A DNA stretch of 64,000 nucleotides, taken from contig CAZIRA010000001.1 in NCBI GenBank assembly GCA_964541615.1, positions 2,095-66,094 on the forward strand, given 5' to 3'. How positions within the stretch are numbered: position 1 is the stretch's first letter; each line of letters opens with the position of its first letter. The notes under the pieces are model-generated. The model was not told the DNA's origin. It worked only from the letters and a program-made list of their open reading frames with translations, and did no database searches. The stretch is from an uncultured Paludibacter sp. (GTDB lineage Bacteria > Bacteroidota > Bacteroidia > Bacteroidales > Paludibacteraceae). The position numbers and the translations under genes are program-made. Positions 18,889-28,564 of the stretch are shown here, piece after piece.

Positions 18889-19830
18889 TTATAATCCTTT
18901 TTCGGTTAAATATCTTTCGGCTTCAATAGCGGCCATACAACCGGTAGCGGCTGCGGTTACTGCCTGACGATAATGCGGATCAGCTACATCGCCCGATGCA
19001 AAGACACCTGGGATTGCAGTTCTTGGAGTTCCGGGAACTACTTTGATGTAGCCCACTTCGTCAGTTTCAAGATATGGTTTGAAAATATCTGAATTCGGTT
19101 TGTGTCCGATCGCAAGGAAGAAACCGTCAATTTCATAATGTACTTTTTCCTCGTCAGCTTGTCCTCTTCTTTTCACCAGATTGATTCCCTGCACAACTTT
19201 ATCACCAGTAAGTCCTTCTGTCTCATGCTCAAAGAGAACTTCGATTTTCTGATTGGCAAATACCCTGTCCTGCATGATTTTTGAAGCACGCATATGATCT
19301 TTACGAATAATCAAATACACTTTTTCAGTAATATTTGAAAGATAAAGTGCTTCTTCGGCAGCAGTATCTCCTCCACCTACCACAGCCACTTTTCTATTGC
19401 GGTAGAAGAATCCATCACAGGTAGCACAAGCAGAAACTCCCGATCCGGCATATTTTTTCTCATCTGGAATTCCGAGGTATTTTGCCTCTGCTCCAGTGGA
19501 AATGATTACCGTTTCAGCTTCGATCACTTTCTCGTTGTCAATGGTAATTTTGTACGGTGCAGCCGACAAATCAGCTGCAGTTGCCATGCCGTAACGAATA
19601 TCCGTTCCAAATCTTTCAGCTTGTTTTTTCAGGTCTTCCATCATTTCCGGACCAGTGATTCCCGATGGATAACCCGGAAAATTCTCTACCTCTGTGGTTG
19701 TGGTCAGCTGCCCGCCGGGCTGCATACCTTCATATAGCACTGGCGACAAATTTGCTCTGGATGCATAAATAGCAGCGGTATATCCTGCCGGTCCTGATCC
19801 AATAATCAGACATCTAACTTTTTCGTTCAT
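18889..19830 (-). CDS. trxB: thioredoxin-disulfide reductase
   Basis: 313 aa. FAD motif GSGPAGYTAAIYA, redox centre CATCDG, NADPH motif GGGDTAAEEA. Confidence 0.95.
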   Translation of the reverse strand: MNEKVRCLIIGSGPAGYTAAIYASRANLSPVLYEGMQPGGQLTTTTEVENFPGYPSGITGPEMMEDLKKQAERFGTDIRYGMATAADLSAAPYKITIDNEKVIEAETVIISTGAEAKYLGIPDEKKYAGSGVSACATCDGFFYRNRKVAVVGGGDTAAEEALYLSNITEKVYLIIRKDHMRASKIMQDRVFANQKIEVLFEHETEGLTGDKVVQGINLVKRRGQADEEKVHYEIDGFFLAIGHKPNSDIFKPYLETDEVGYIKVVPGTPRTAIPGVFASGDVADPHYRQAVTAAATGCMAAIEAERYLTEKGL

Positions 19831-19840
19831 AATAATAATT

Positions 19841-19947
19841 GGACCCTAAAGGGTTGGTTTTAATTTTTTATAAAGAATCAGAGCATTCAATTATTTGTGA
19901 ATGCCCTTACTATCAGCATATTCAAAACTCCCCTTTAGAGGATGGAG
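19841..19947. repeat. possible degenerate copy (D) of the same element
   Basis: Left arm GGACCCTAAAGGGTTGG, right arm CTCCCCTTTAGAGGATGGAG (compare the copy C right arm TTCCCCTTTTAGGAGGATAGGGGGC), with an AT-rich core containing CAATTATTTG. The terminal GGGGC is missing. Confidence 0.35.
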
Positions 19948-19986
19948 TATTTCAAATTGATGCACAAAATTACAACTTTTTTTTGA

Positions 19987-20634
19987 CTATCTCAAATCAT
20001 TTATTTCTATATCTTTATAAACAGAACTATTAAAAGTAAAGGTTTTTTCATCGGTTTTTACACCTTTTTGAAATTTTGTCAGTGCCAGTGTGCTAATCAT
20101 CCCTTTTTTGTCAGCAAGCTGAATAGTCTGTGGAAAATAGGACTTTTTATTCACCACAACCTGAATTTTCTTGATGTCAGATGTCTTGTCCCTGGGCGTC
20201 AACTCAATGGTGTATGCATCTTTCACAGCGTTATTCTTGATGTATTGGGCTGTCGATTTCGTGCTGTAAGCCTGCAGTAGTGCCAAAGGATTCGTTTCTG
20301 CCAGTTCTTTTTCAGTCGGACTGGTGATGGAAACTTCGTTGATGTCAGGCATGAAAGCCCACTGAGTTTTTCCATCAAAATAGACCTGCATTTCCTTGGT
20401 GCTGAAAGTGAATTGATTCCCTTTCATCAAAAATGTGCCGCCCATGACACTCGGCTTTGAAGAATTGGCATCCTTTACCACAAGCCCAAAATTAGTTTGT
20501 ATCGAGTTGTTTTTCAGGATATTAACCATATTGTTCATCACGCTCGAAGCCGATTTTATTTGTCCAAATGCACTGACTGAAATCATCATTGCTGCAATTA
20601 AACTTCCTATGTAAAATTTTGCTTTCATCTTCAA
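19987..20634 (-). CDS. LolA-like outer-membrane lipoprotein carrier family protein
   Basis: 215 aa with a signal peptide. Size and beta-rich pattern resemble Bacteroidota LolA-like proteins. The call is by resemblance only. Confidence 0.5.
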   Translation of the reverse strand: MKMKAKFYIGSLIAAMMISVSAFGQIKSASSVMNNMVNILKNNSIQTNFGLVVKDANSSKPSVMGGTFLMKGNQFTFSTKEMQVYFDGKTQWAFMPDINEVSITSPTEKELAETNPLALLQAYSTKSTAQYIKNNAVKDAYTIELTPRDKTSDIKKIQVVVNKKSYFPQTIQLADKKGMISTLALTKFQKGVKTDEKTFTFNSSVYKDIEINDLR

Positions 20635-20751
20635 TATTTTTTAAAAGTTTAATTGTTAAAATACAACTTATGTGCCAAAATGATGAGATACAGATTACCA
20701 GCACATTAGATTATTTATGCGACTGACAAAATTGCCTTGACCCTTCGAAAA

Positions 20752-21321
20752 TTATTCCACTACGCGGTAGTTGGCGGTTTCGATATGGTAAAATGCCAGG
20801 TAGTTTTTACCTGTATTAGCTTCTTCTTCGGCAATTCGGGTTCTGAAATCAGCAATACGGTCACTCGACGATTGAATCTCCTTTTGTCCTACTGCTCTTC
20901 TTTCAGTTGTACATCCCTCGTGAGTTAGAGAATCAGCCTTAGCTGCAAGTTCACTTTCCCAATTAGTCAGGTAAGCTTCATCAATTTTTTCTTCAATCAA
21001 TTTTCCGGTAACAAGTACTTTTTTATTTATGCACTCTTGTCTGAAAGGCTTGTCAGACTCTGCGCGAATCATAGCGTCTTCAGAATCTCCTTCGAGAAAT
21101 AATTTTTTGCCGGTGTGGGTGCAAAGATGCGAGCATTCACCTTCAACCGTAATGGTTTTATTCACTAATTGGTCTGCAGAAGCCAACAAATCATCAACTG
21201 TAAATACCGTGGTAATTACAGAATCTTTTTCTGAGGTTTTCCCTCCAGATTTTTTCCCATTACAACTGAGAAAAAAAAGTGCTGAGAAAAGAATAATTGG
21301 GATAAATTTTAAGTTATTCAT
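20752..21321 (-). CDS. hypothetical Cys-containing lipoprotein
   Basis: 189 aa. Lipobox FFLSC, a CSHLC (CxxxC) pair and two further Cys. No family recognised. Confidence 0.5.
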   Translation of the reverse strand: MNNLKFIPIILFSALFFLSCNGKKSGGKTSEKDSVITTVFTVDDLLASADQLVNKTITVEGECSHLCTHTGKKLFLEGDSEDAMIRAESDKPFRQECINKKVLVTGKLIEEKIDEAYLTNWESELAAKADSLTHEGCTTERRAVGQKEIQSSSDRIADFRTRIAEEEANTGKNYLAFYHIETANYRVVE

Positions 21322-21375
21322 GTGTATGGAATATTATAAAAATATGTTAGCTAATACAATATCGTTGTAATCAAC

Positions 21376-21407
21376 AAAAGAGCTGGCTTTACCTCGCCAG
21401 CTCTTTT
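21376..21407 (-). terminator. terminator of the susC-susD-lipoprotein operon
   Basis: AAAGAGCTGGC ... GCCAGCTCTTT 11-bp stem, 20 nt after the stop at 21428. Confidence 0.75.
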
Positions 21408-21427
21408 GAAGATAATTAAGTAAGTTA

Positions 21428-22153
21428 TTATTTGTTGGGATAAAACACTACCCTGACTTCATACAAGCGAGTAAACTGCTCAACACCCGCTGGACGATAA
21501 GCAATATTTTTTACCAGATATCGTCTTGGAGAGGTAAAATCACCAGGAACACCTAATGCTGGTGCACCGTCAACTCTTTCTACAACATTATCATATACAT
21601 TTACAAGCACAAGTTCCACAATTACCTCTTTCTTATTTACGGGCAATCTTACTTGCTGAGAACGATTATTAGTAGGATTAATCAACTGAAAATCACCATT
21701 AAATTTACTTCCGTCAAATAGATAGCCTTTGTTAGGAGTAGAATACGTAGCATGATCACTCAGATACGCTGTAATTACGTAAAGTTTACCGCCTGGAGCA
21801 TTAGCATCATTTACTTCAGCAATGCCTCCTTTTACTGTTTCGTTTGCAGCTACCGTCACACCATTACTAAGCGTCACAGGAGCACCGGTTTTATTTGTCC
21901 AGCTTCCATTCGAAGCACCGATCAATTGAGTATTCAAATAATTATCCACCCATTTGTCCCAGTTAATCGCGTAAATTTGATTTGTAAACAATTGTCTTGC
22001 TCTCACATCAATTCGACTCGCAGTAACCTCTGAATAGGTTGCCTCTGGCGCTTCTTCGAAAACCAATCCTCTCTCACAGCCAGTGACAGCTACCACAAGA
22101 ATCAGCACGAATGTACAGGCATATAATTTTTTAATTAATTTATTTTTTAACAT
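21428..22153 (-). CDS. PUL-associated surface lipoprotein of unknown function
   Basis: 241 aa. Lipobox VTGC. Lies 15 bp downstream of the SusD-like gene on the same strand and is followed by a terminator. Confidence 0.55.
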   Translation of the reverse strand: MLKNKLIKKLYACTFVLILVVAVTGCERGLVFEEAPEATYSEVTASRIDVRARQLFTNQIYAINWDKWVDNYLNTQLIGASNGSWTNKTGAPVTLSNGVTVAANETVKGGIAEVNDANAPGGKLYVITAYLSDHATYSTPNKGYLFDGSKFNGDFQLINPTNNRSQQVRLPVNKKEVIVELVLVNVYDNVVERVDGAPALGVPGDFTSPRRYLVKNIAYRPAGVEQFTRLYEVRVVFYPNK

Positions 22154-22168
22154 AGTTGTAGATTTTAA

Positions 22169-24145
22169 TTAGTTATTGTAATTATAATTCAGCCAACCCG
22201 GACTCTGCTGTAATTGTGTGTAGTCCTTAAGCGTGGTAGAGGAGAATGGCATAAAATAGTATCTGCTATTGTCAAATTTTCTATTATACATACTATATGG
22301 CATTCTGAAGGTCTCAATTTTTGGTACGAAATATCCAGGACCACCAGGTGCAACTGGGTAACCGTTTTCGCCAACTTTTTGACTTTCTACTCCTTTACGG
22401 AAAATCCAAATACCTCTTGAAGCATTATTAAGTTCATCAATAGTAGATTTACCTTCACCTTCACCCCAACGCAGCAGGTCAAAGTAGCGGAATCCCGGAT
22501 TTTCGAAAGCAAATTCCAATCGACGTTGAATTTTCATTTCATTCCACAAATCAGCACCTGTAAAGTCACTTAATCCAGCTCTATTTCTGATTTGGTTGAT
22601 GTAATCTCTTGCATCACTTTGATTGAGCTTGATACCGGCTTCAGCTGCATTTAGCAGAACCTCTGCATAACGGATGTTGAAATATGCAGTTTGACGTTGT
22701 GTACCTTTGTCAAATGTTCCATTGTTATTGTACTTGTTAAATTGAGAGTATTTTCTTGAATAGTAACCTGTAATTGTTTGAGCAGAAGCCCTATTTACAG
22801 GAGGAGCAGTCATTTTGTCAAGGAAACGATATCCTGTGTGTAATGAACTGTACTTCAAAGAAGTAGCTGGATCTGTATTATCAATCCAAGTTTGGATGAT
22901 ATATCTCTCTTCAGCCGGTCCCATGTAAGCTCCGTCATAAGTTACAGTAGCGTAGAATCGTTTATCACGATTTTTATAAATATCACGGTAATTAGCTGTT
23001 GAGCCAACTATTTCGCCTTCAGCATTTTGTGTAAATCCTAATGCTTTTGACTGTGATGTTTCCCACCATTTTTTCCATTGACCGTCAGCTGCATCTTTTT
23101 GCAAATAAGCATCCACCAGGTCTTGAGTTGGAAATAATCCGGAGCGGAAATCCCAGTTGTAGGAAGCACTCTCTGTACCACCGTAGTAGGCCCCGTCAGG
23201 TCCGTTTTTAGATGTAGGGTTGAATCCACCCCGTTGATTTTCTTTGAACATTACCGGCCAAATAGCTTCGCGGCTTGTGTGAGCAGTAGTGCTTGTAAAC
23301 AACGTTTCATATTCAGGCTCAAGGCTATATTTTCCGATAAGGCTCTTTGCTGCATCATAAGCTATCTGATAGTAGTGCTGAGCTGTTTTTTGGAATTTGA
23401 ACAGACCCTTTGCGTCATCCGTGTAAAGATTTTTGGCAGAAGCCTCAGCAGCATTAGCTGCATACAGAGCTACACGAGATTTAAAAGCAATTGCAACATT
23501 TTTATTAATCATACCTGTAGCCGGAGTTGTGCCAGATTTATCAAAGTTAGCAATAGACTGGTCCAAATCTGAAAGGATATTGTCAAAAATCTCTTCGCGT
23601 TTGTTTTGAGGCAGATAGGTTTCGTCATCTACTGTAAGAGCTTTACTTACGTATGGTACAGCACCCCAGAATTTTTCCATATCAAAATATACGAATGCAC
23701 GGAAGAAATAAGTTTCTGCCAACAACTGACTTCTCAAATTTTCAGCAAGTGCAGTCGAAGCTCCGATTTTTTCCAACCCTAAGTTTACGTTGTAAATTTT
23801 CTTATAAGCATCTGACCATGGTCCTGAGAATACGCCGTTTCCAGTATTCTCATCGTATTGACGCTGATTAAATGCGGTTTGACGGTATGTATTCCAGTCT
23901 TGTTCGTAGTTTCCCTGGCAGTTGTCTGACCATTGTTCTGATTGGAAATTATCCCCGGAAGCAGATGGAGTCCAGAAATAGAAATCATTCACATATGAAC
24001 GTGCCAATTGCGGATTCAGCCAGAAACGGCTTTCATCCACCTGATTGGTAGGCTCTACACCCAGCGGGTTACAGGCAGTGTTGATGCCTGTTATTGCCAA
24101 GATCAACATCCCGGCTGATAAATATTTATAGATTTTTCTTTTCAT
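22169..24145 (-). CDS. SusD/RagB family nutrient-binding outer-membrane lipoprotein
   Basis: 658 aa. Lipobox NTAC, TPR-like SusD motifs (FFRAFVYFDMEKFWGAVPY, RRLEFAFENPGFRYFDLLRWG). Sits 11 bp downstream of the SusC-like gene. Confidence 0.9.
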   Translation of the reverse strand: MKRKIYKYLSAGMLILAITGINTACNPLGVEPTNQVDESRFWLNPQLARSYVNDFYFWTPSASGDNFQSEQWSDNCQGNYEQDWNTYRQTAFNQRQYDENTGNGVFSGPWSDAYKKIYNVNLGLEKIGASTALAENLRSQLLAETYFFRAFVYFDMEKFWGAVPYVSKALTVDDETYLPQNKREEIFDNILSDLDQSIANFDKSGTTPATGMINKNVAIAFKSRVALYAANAAEASAKNLYTDDAKGLFKFQKTAQHYYQIAYDAAKSLIGKYSLEPEYETLFTSTTAHTSREAIWPVMFKENQRGGFNPTSKNGPDGAYYGGTESASYNWDFRSGLFPTQDLVDAYLQKDAADGQWKKWWETSQSKALGFTQNAEGEIVGSTANYRDIYKNRDKRFYATVTYDGAYMGPAEERYIIQTWIDNTDPATSLKYSSLHTGYRFLDKMTAPPVNRASAQTITGYYSRKYSQFNKYNNNGTFDKGTQRQTAYFNIRYAEVLLNAAEAGIKLNQSDARDYINQIRNRAGLSDFTGADLWNEMKIQRRLEFAFENPGFRYFDLLRWGEGEGKSTIDELNNASRGIWIFRKGVESQKVGENGYPVAPGGPGYFVPKIETFRMPYSMYNRKFDNSRYYFMPFSSTTLKDYTQLQQSPGWLNYNYNN

Positions 24146-24156
24146 GATTTAATCTT

Positions 24157-27100
24157 TTATAAAGTTACAGTAAGTCCAAATGTAAATGAACGTTGTGTTG
24201 GATAGCTACCCAGAGTTCCGTTATTATTGTATATAGAAGCTCCGGATGTGATAAACTCAGGATCTTGCAGACCTTTTAGCGGATATGATTTTTTTGTCCA
24301 TGTAGCAGCATTAGTGACCACAAAACTCAAATCTAATCCTTGAATGTAAGAAACGTTTTTCAGTACATTTCGTTTTAAGTCATAACGTAAGCTGATATTT
24401 TTCAGTTTCAGATAAGATGCATCAAATGCCCAAAGATCAATGTAACTGTATCCCCATCCGCTTCCTTCCGGTACTGGAATTGGAAGTGCTGCTTCAACAT
24501 CAGGATTGCTGGGTGTATAAGCATTTTGGAAGCCGTATTGTCCATAGTTCCACATATAGCTCTGCTGATTACGGAGTGGTGAAGGCATTGCTCCAGAAAC
24601 ATTTGCAGCTCCTTGGAAGAAAATTTCGAAATCAAATCCGTTCCAATCAGCTCCTAACGTAACACCATATTGTGTCAGCGGAGTAAGTCCCGGTACATTC
24701 ATGTTGTAATAATCGTTTACACGTCCATCACCGTTTAGATCAACTAATTTTACTGTACCAAGTGTGTGACCTCTTGCTGCGTTGAGCATAGAGTAATACA
24801 TTTCATTCCAACTGCCATTCAAACCATCAGTTTTAAGTCCAAAAGGATATACAGGGTGCATCCAACGCTTTCCAATATTATCAAATGTTGGTGACCACCA
24901 GTCAGAACTTTTGTCGGTGTGACGTGTTACTCGTTGATCCCAGAAAGAGTAATTAAGACCTAATCGATAACCTACTTCACCTATGCGGTCGTTCCAGTTT
25001 GCTGAAACTTCAAAACCACCTTTTCTGTTTGTAACGAAAGGAGCATTTATACGAGGGATGTTAGGCATACCAAGAATATCAGTACGAATCATATCGTCAG
25101 TCATATTCATAACGTCTCCTTTATTTAAATATAAGAAGACATCAAATGAACCTGTCAAACGATCTCTGAACAAACCGTAATCCACACCAGCACCGTACTG
25201 TGTACTACTTGACCATTTAAGGTCGCTAGCGATAGAACTTACATACCAACCTACATTTGGATCCATGTTATCTCCAAAAAGAACACGGTTAGAATTTTGT
25301 GAGTATTGAGTCAAAAATGAGAATGGATATCCCACTTCATTTCCTACTAAACCTACCCCACCTCTTAATTTAAACATGTTTATTATACTTGGATTTACCA
25401 AATCTCTAAACCAGCTTTCTTCCGTCATTACCCAACCCAAAGATACGGCATGGAAATAACCCCAGCGTTTTTCTGGACTATAACTCAGAGATCCATTATA
25501 GTTAGCACTATATTGGAAGAGGTATTTGTTTGCATAGTCATAAGTAAGACGTCCAATGTATGATGCTGATCCCCAGTCGGTACTATTACCTGAGACACGG
25601 GTCATTTCTGCCCCCAAATCAATTTCAGTTGTTAATGTCGTAGGATAACCTTTTTTTGCTGCGGAAGTCCAGTTAGTACTACGTATCTGGCTTTGATAGT
25701 TGGCCATTGCATTAATGTTATGCTTTCCGAATGAGCGGCTATAATCCAACTGATAAATACCTGTCAACAATTTATACTTGAACCAATATTGATACATATT
25801 GGCATTTACAGGATTGTAATTTGAGAAGGCTCCAGAGTATGGTGCATCAAATACATTTTCTTGATCATGATTAAATACGCGGTTTGTATTGTATGATGTA
25901 GTGAAATTCGCACTTGCTTGTGCAGATAAACCCTGTATCCATGGCACTTGCCATCTTAACGCACTGTTCATTTGGAAACGATAAGCTTCATTGTTGTTGA
26001 AGCCTGTATTCAACTGTGATTCTACAGAACCTTTTCTTGCCAAACCAGTACTCCACTCAGAGGGTCTATTAGGCATCCAGTTGCCGTACATGGCGTTATT
26101 AAAAATTCCTTCACCTGCACTCGGTCTTTTTTGAGTACTGGTGTTTCCATTAAGATTCAGCGTAAATTTCAGGCTTTTGTTTTTCAGCAGGTAAGCATCA
26201 GTATTCAATACCATGTTAACCTGATTGTAGTTATAGTTTTTGCTTACCCCTTGTTGGTTCATATAACCCAAACTTGAATAGTATGCAACGCGATCACTAC
26301 CACCACGCAAACTTACATTTGTTTGAGTCATTGGCTGATTGTGATTAAACATTTCCCAAGGATCATATGAGGAAAAATAATCTTGGATATTACCACCTTG
26401 CGTTTTATAAGGGTCAAATAATTCTTGGATATTGGTGAGTGTGTAGTTCATACCATAACGCTCGTTTACCATAGTTAATATATCCTGATAGTTGTGGCCA
26501 CTTTGCCAAAGATCACCCATGTAATATTTTGATAAAGCTGTCTTATTAAATGATGGGCTTTCCTGGAAACTTGCAAATTCTACTTCGTTACGTTGTTGTG
26601 CAAACTCATAGGAGTTTAATCCAACGGGACGATAAGCAGGAGTCATTAAAGATAATTTCTGATTGAAAGTGATAACTGGAGCTCCTTCTTGCCCACGTTT
26701 AGTAGCAATTACAACCACACCGTTGGCAGCGCGAGGTCCATATACTGCCGTAGCAGAAGCATCTTTCAAAATAGACATAGATGCAATGTCATCCGGACGA
26801 AGGCGGTTAAAGAACTCATTACCCTGCGCTGATTCCATTACTACATCATCTATAACGTATAATATATTTGCACCCCCACGAATCCAAATCTTCACGTTTT
26901 CTCCAGGAGCACCAGAACTTTGCTGTGTAAATACACCTGTCACACGACCTCCTAATCCTTCTGACATAGAAACTACCGGTAATTTGGCAATCTCTTTAAC
27001 ATTAACAGCAGATGCAGATGCAGTTACAGTCTTTGCTTTCTGGACACCACCGTAACCGGTTACAACCACCTCCTTCAACATTTCGGTGTCGTCTTCCAGT

Positions 27101-27399
27101 GTAATTTTAAAGGTGTTTCTACCGGCAACTGGTACAGTCTGTGTAGTCATTCCTACGAAGCTTACTTCCAATACACCGTTTTCAGGAACATTGTTCAGCG
27201 TGAACTTACCATCAAAATTGGTTGCCGCAGCAATAGAAGTGCCTTGCACCCTTACCGCCACACCAATCAGAGGTTCATTCTGTTTGTCCACTACAGTACC
27301 TGATACTGTTTTGGTTTGAGCAAACGCTGAAAAAGTAAACGCACAAAATAGTATTGTGAGAATACTTTTCAAAAAAATTTTTCGTTTTTTCATACTCAT
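24157..27399 (-). CDS. SusC/RagA family TonB-linked outer-membrane receptor
   Basis: 1080 aa. Signal peptide, CarboxypepD_reg-like N-domain (SGTVVDKQNEPLIGVAVRVQGT), a plug, then a long beta-barrel. No STN/anti-sigma extension is evident. Confidence 0.95.
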   Translation of the reverse strand: MSMKKRKIFLKSILTILFCAFTFSAFAQTKTVSGTVVDKQNEPLIGVAVRVQGTSIAAATNFDGKFTLNNVPENGVLEVSFVGMTTQTVPVAGRNTFKITLEDDTEMLKEVVVTGYGGVQKAKTVTASASAVNVKEIAKLPVVSMSEGLGGRVTGVFTQQSSGAPGENVKIWIRGGANILYVIDDVVMESAQGNEFFNRLRPDDIASMSILKDASATAVYGPRAANGVVVIATKRGQEGAPVITFNQKLSLMTPAYRPVGLNSYEFAQQRNEVEFASFQESPSFNKTALSKYYMGDLWQSGHNYQDILTMVNERYGMNYTLTNIQELFDPYKTQGGNIQDYFSSYDPWEMFNHNQPMTQTNVSLRGGSDRVAYYSSLGYMNQQGVSKNYNYNQVNMVLNTDAYLLKNKSLKFTLNLNGNTSTQKRPSAGEGIFNNAMYGNWMPNRPSEWSTGLARKGSVESQLNTGFNNNEAYRFQMNSALRWQVPWIQGLSAQASANFTTSYNTNRVFNHDQENVFDAPYSGAFSNYNPVNANMYQYWFKYKLLTGIYQLDYSRSFGKHNINAMANYQSQIRSTNWTSAAKKGYPTTLTTEIDLGAEMTRVSGNSTDWGSASYIGRLTYDYANKYLFQYSANYNGSLSYSPEKRWGYFHAVSLGWVMTEESWFRDLVNPSIINMFKLRGGVGLVGNEVGYPFSFLTQYSQNSNRVLFGDNMDPNVGWYVSSIASDLKWSSSTQYGAGVDYGLFRDRLTGSFDVFLYLNKGDVMNMTDDMIRTDILGMPNIPRINAPFVTNRKGGFEVSANWNDRIGEVGYRLGLNYSFWDQRVTRHTDKSSDWWSPTFDNIGKRWMHPVYPFGLKTDGLNGSWNEMYYSMLNAARGHTLGTVKLVDLNGDGRVNDYYNMNVPGLTPLTQYGVTLGADWNGFDFEIFFQGAANVSGAMPSPLRNQQSYMWNYGQYGFQNAYTPSNPDVEAALPIPVPEGSGWGYSYIDLWAFDASYLKLKNISLRYDLKRNVLKNVSYIQGLDLSFVVTNAATWTKKSYPLKGLQDPEFITSGASIYNNNGTLGSYPTQRSFTFGLTVTL

Positions 27400-27455
27400 T
27401 TTTTAAAAGGTTAATTTAATTACTCATTCATTCTTATAGTTTTTTTTAAGCGATA

Positions 27456-27463
27456 CAAAGATA
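27456..27463 (-). promoter_or_regulatory. -7 box for susC
   Basis: Reverse complement TATCTTTG, ~55 nt upstream of ATG 27399. Confidence 0.45.
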
Positions 27464-27538
27464 ACTATATTTTACAATTTATAATACTTACTTAACAGAA
27501 ATTTTTACGGTATTGATGTAGATTTTTTTCAGATATAA

Positions 27539-27556
27539 AGTGTGTGCGCACACACT
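27539..27556. promoter_or_regulatory. perfect 18-bp palindrome AGTGTGTGCGCACACACT upstream of susC
   Basis: The sequence equals its own reverse complement. It lies ~80 bp upstream of the susC -7 box, in an otherwise very AT-rich spacer. Confidence 0.5.
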
Positions 27557-27693
27557 ATAAATAATAGTGATAGCAATTTAAATAAAGATGAGAACATCAA
27601 TAATATAGCATTCTAATTAACATATTCTAAATAGGTAAGATTTTTTTCCAACCTAAAATCCAGAAATATTGAATTATTTAACAATAAAACAAA

Positions 27694-27724
27694 ACAAAAA
27701 AACGGATAAATTTATCCGTTTTCT
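27694..27724 (-). terminator. terminator after the 217-aa secreted-protein gene
   Basis: AACGGATAAA/TTTATCCGTT palindrome flanked by an A-run (a T-run on the minus strand). Confidence 0.8.
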
Positions 27725-27748
27725 ATATTTAAATAAATGTTAAAAACA

Positions 27749-28402
27749 TCAATGAGATATTGAATACTGATATAGGTTATGAACCTGACTGACAGAGTTA
27801 AAATCTATACTTTGGCTGGTTATATAATTTTCTAGTGCAGCTCTTTTGTTTTTGGGAAAAATCTTCAAAAAGCTTCTTTTATTGTAAAAATTCCTATATT
27901 TACTTCCTACCTGTACTTCATATGATTTATTTACATTAACCAGTATGCGTTCGTTCGCCTGCTTACCACTGATAATTCCTTTGCCTGTCAATCCTTTATA
28001 AGTATCCACAGACGCAGTTTGAGTTGTACCTCCATAAGACGTTTTGGATGGAGCTTTCCTTTTCAGTCCGATATATAAAACATAGAATCTGGGTTCGTTC
28101 TGAATAACTTCGGTAGCTTTCCCGGAAGAATAAAGAAATATTCTTGATTCTATTTGCATCAATGCTATTGCATCCGGAGAGGTAAACTCTTTTTCTAAGC
28201 CATCAGCTTTATCAATAAAAACATATTTTCCAATCGAAAAATCAAAATTCAAGGGTACAGCAAAATTTCGTCCATCCTTATATTTAACTATACCTTCTTG
28301 AAATGTTTCAAAAAGATATGGATTATGTTCATTCTTGTTTTGGCTTAAAACTGAGAGTGAAATACTGAAAAATAAAATAAATAAAAGGCTTTGTAATTTC
28401 AT
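27749..28402 (-). CDS. hypothetical secreted protein
   Basis: 217 aa with a signal peptide (SLSVLSQ). No family recognised. Followed by a terminator. Confidence 0.5.
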   Translation of the reverse strand: MKLQSLLFILFFSISLSVLSQNKNEHNPYLFETFQEGIVKYKDGRNFAVPLNFDFSIGKYVFIDKADGLEKEFTSPDAIALMQIESRIFLYSSGKATEVIQNEPRFYVLYIGLKRKAPSKTSYGGTTQTASVDTYKGLTGKGIISGKQANERILVNVNKSYEVQVGSKYRNFYNKRSFLKIFPKNKRAALENYITSQSIDFNSVSQVHNLYQYSISH

Positions 28403-28564
28403 TTTTTTTCAGTTTATAAAATTTCAAAGTGTTCCAATCTAATAGTTACAAATATTTTGCAATAAAATTAACTTCAAATATTTTGCAGCGCTGTTATGAT
28501 TAAATCCACAATTTATATTTGTAATAATTAGTAGATTATAGAGAAAAATAGTTTACAATATTAT

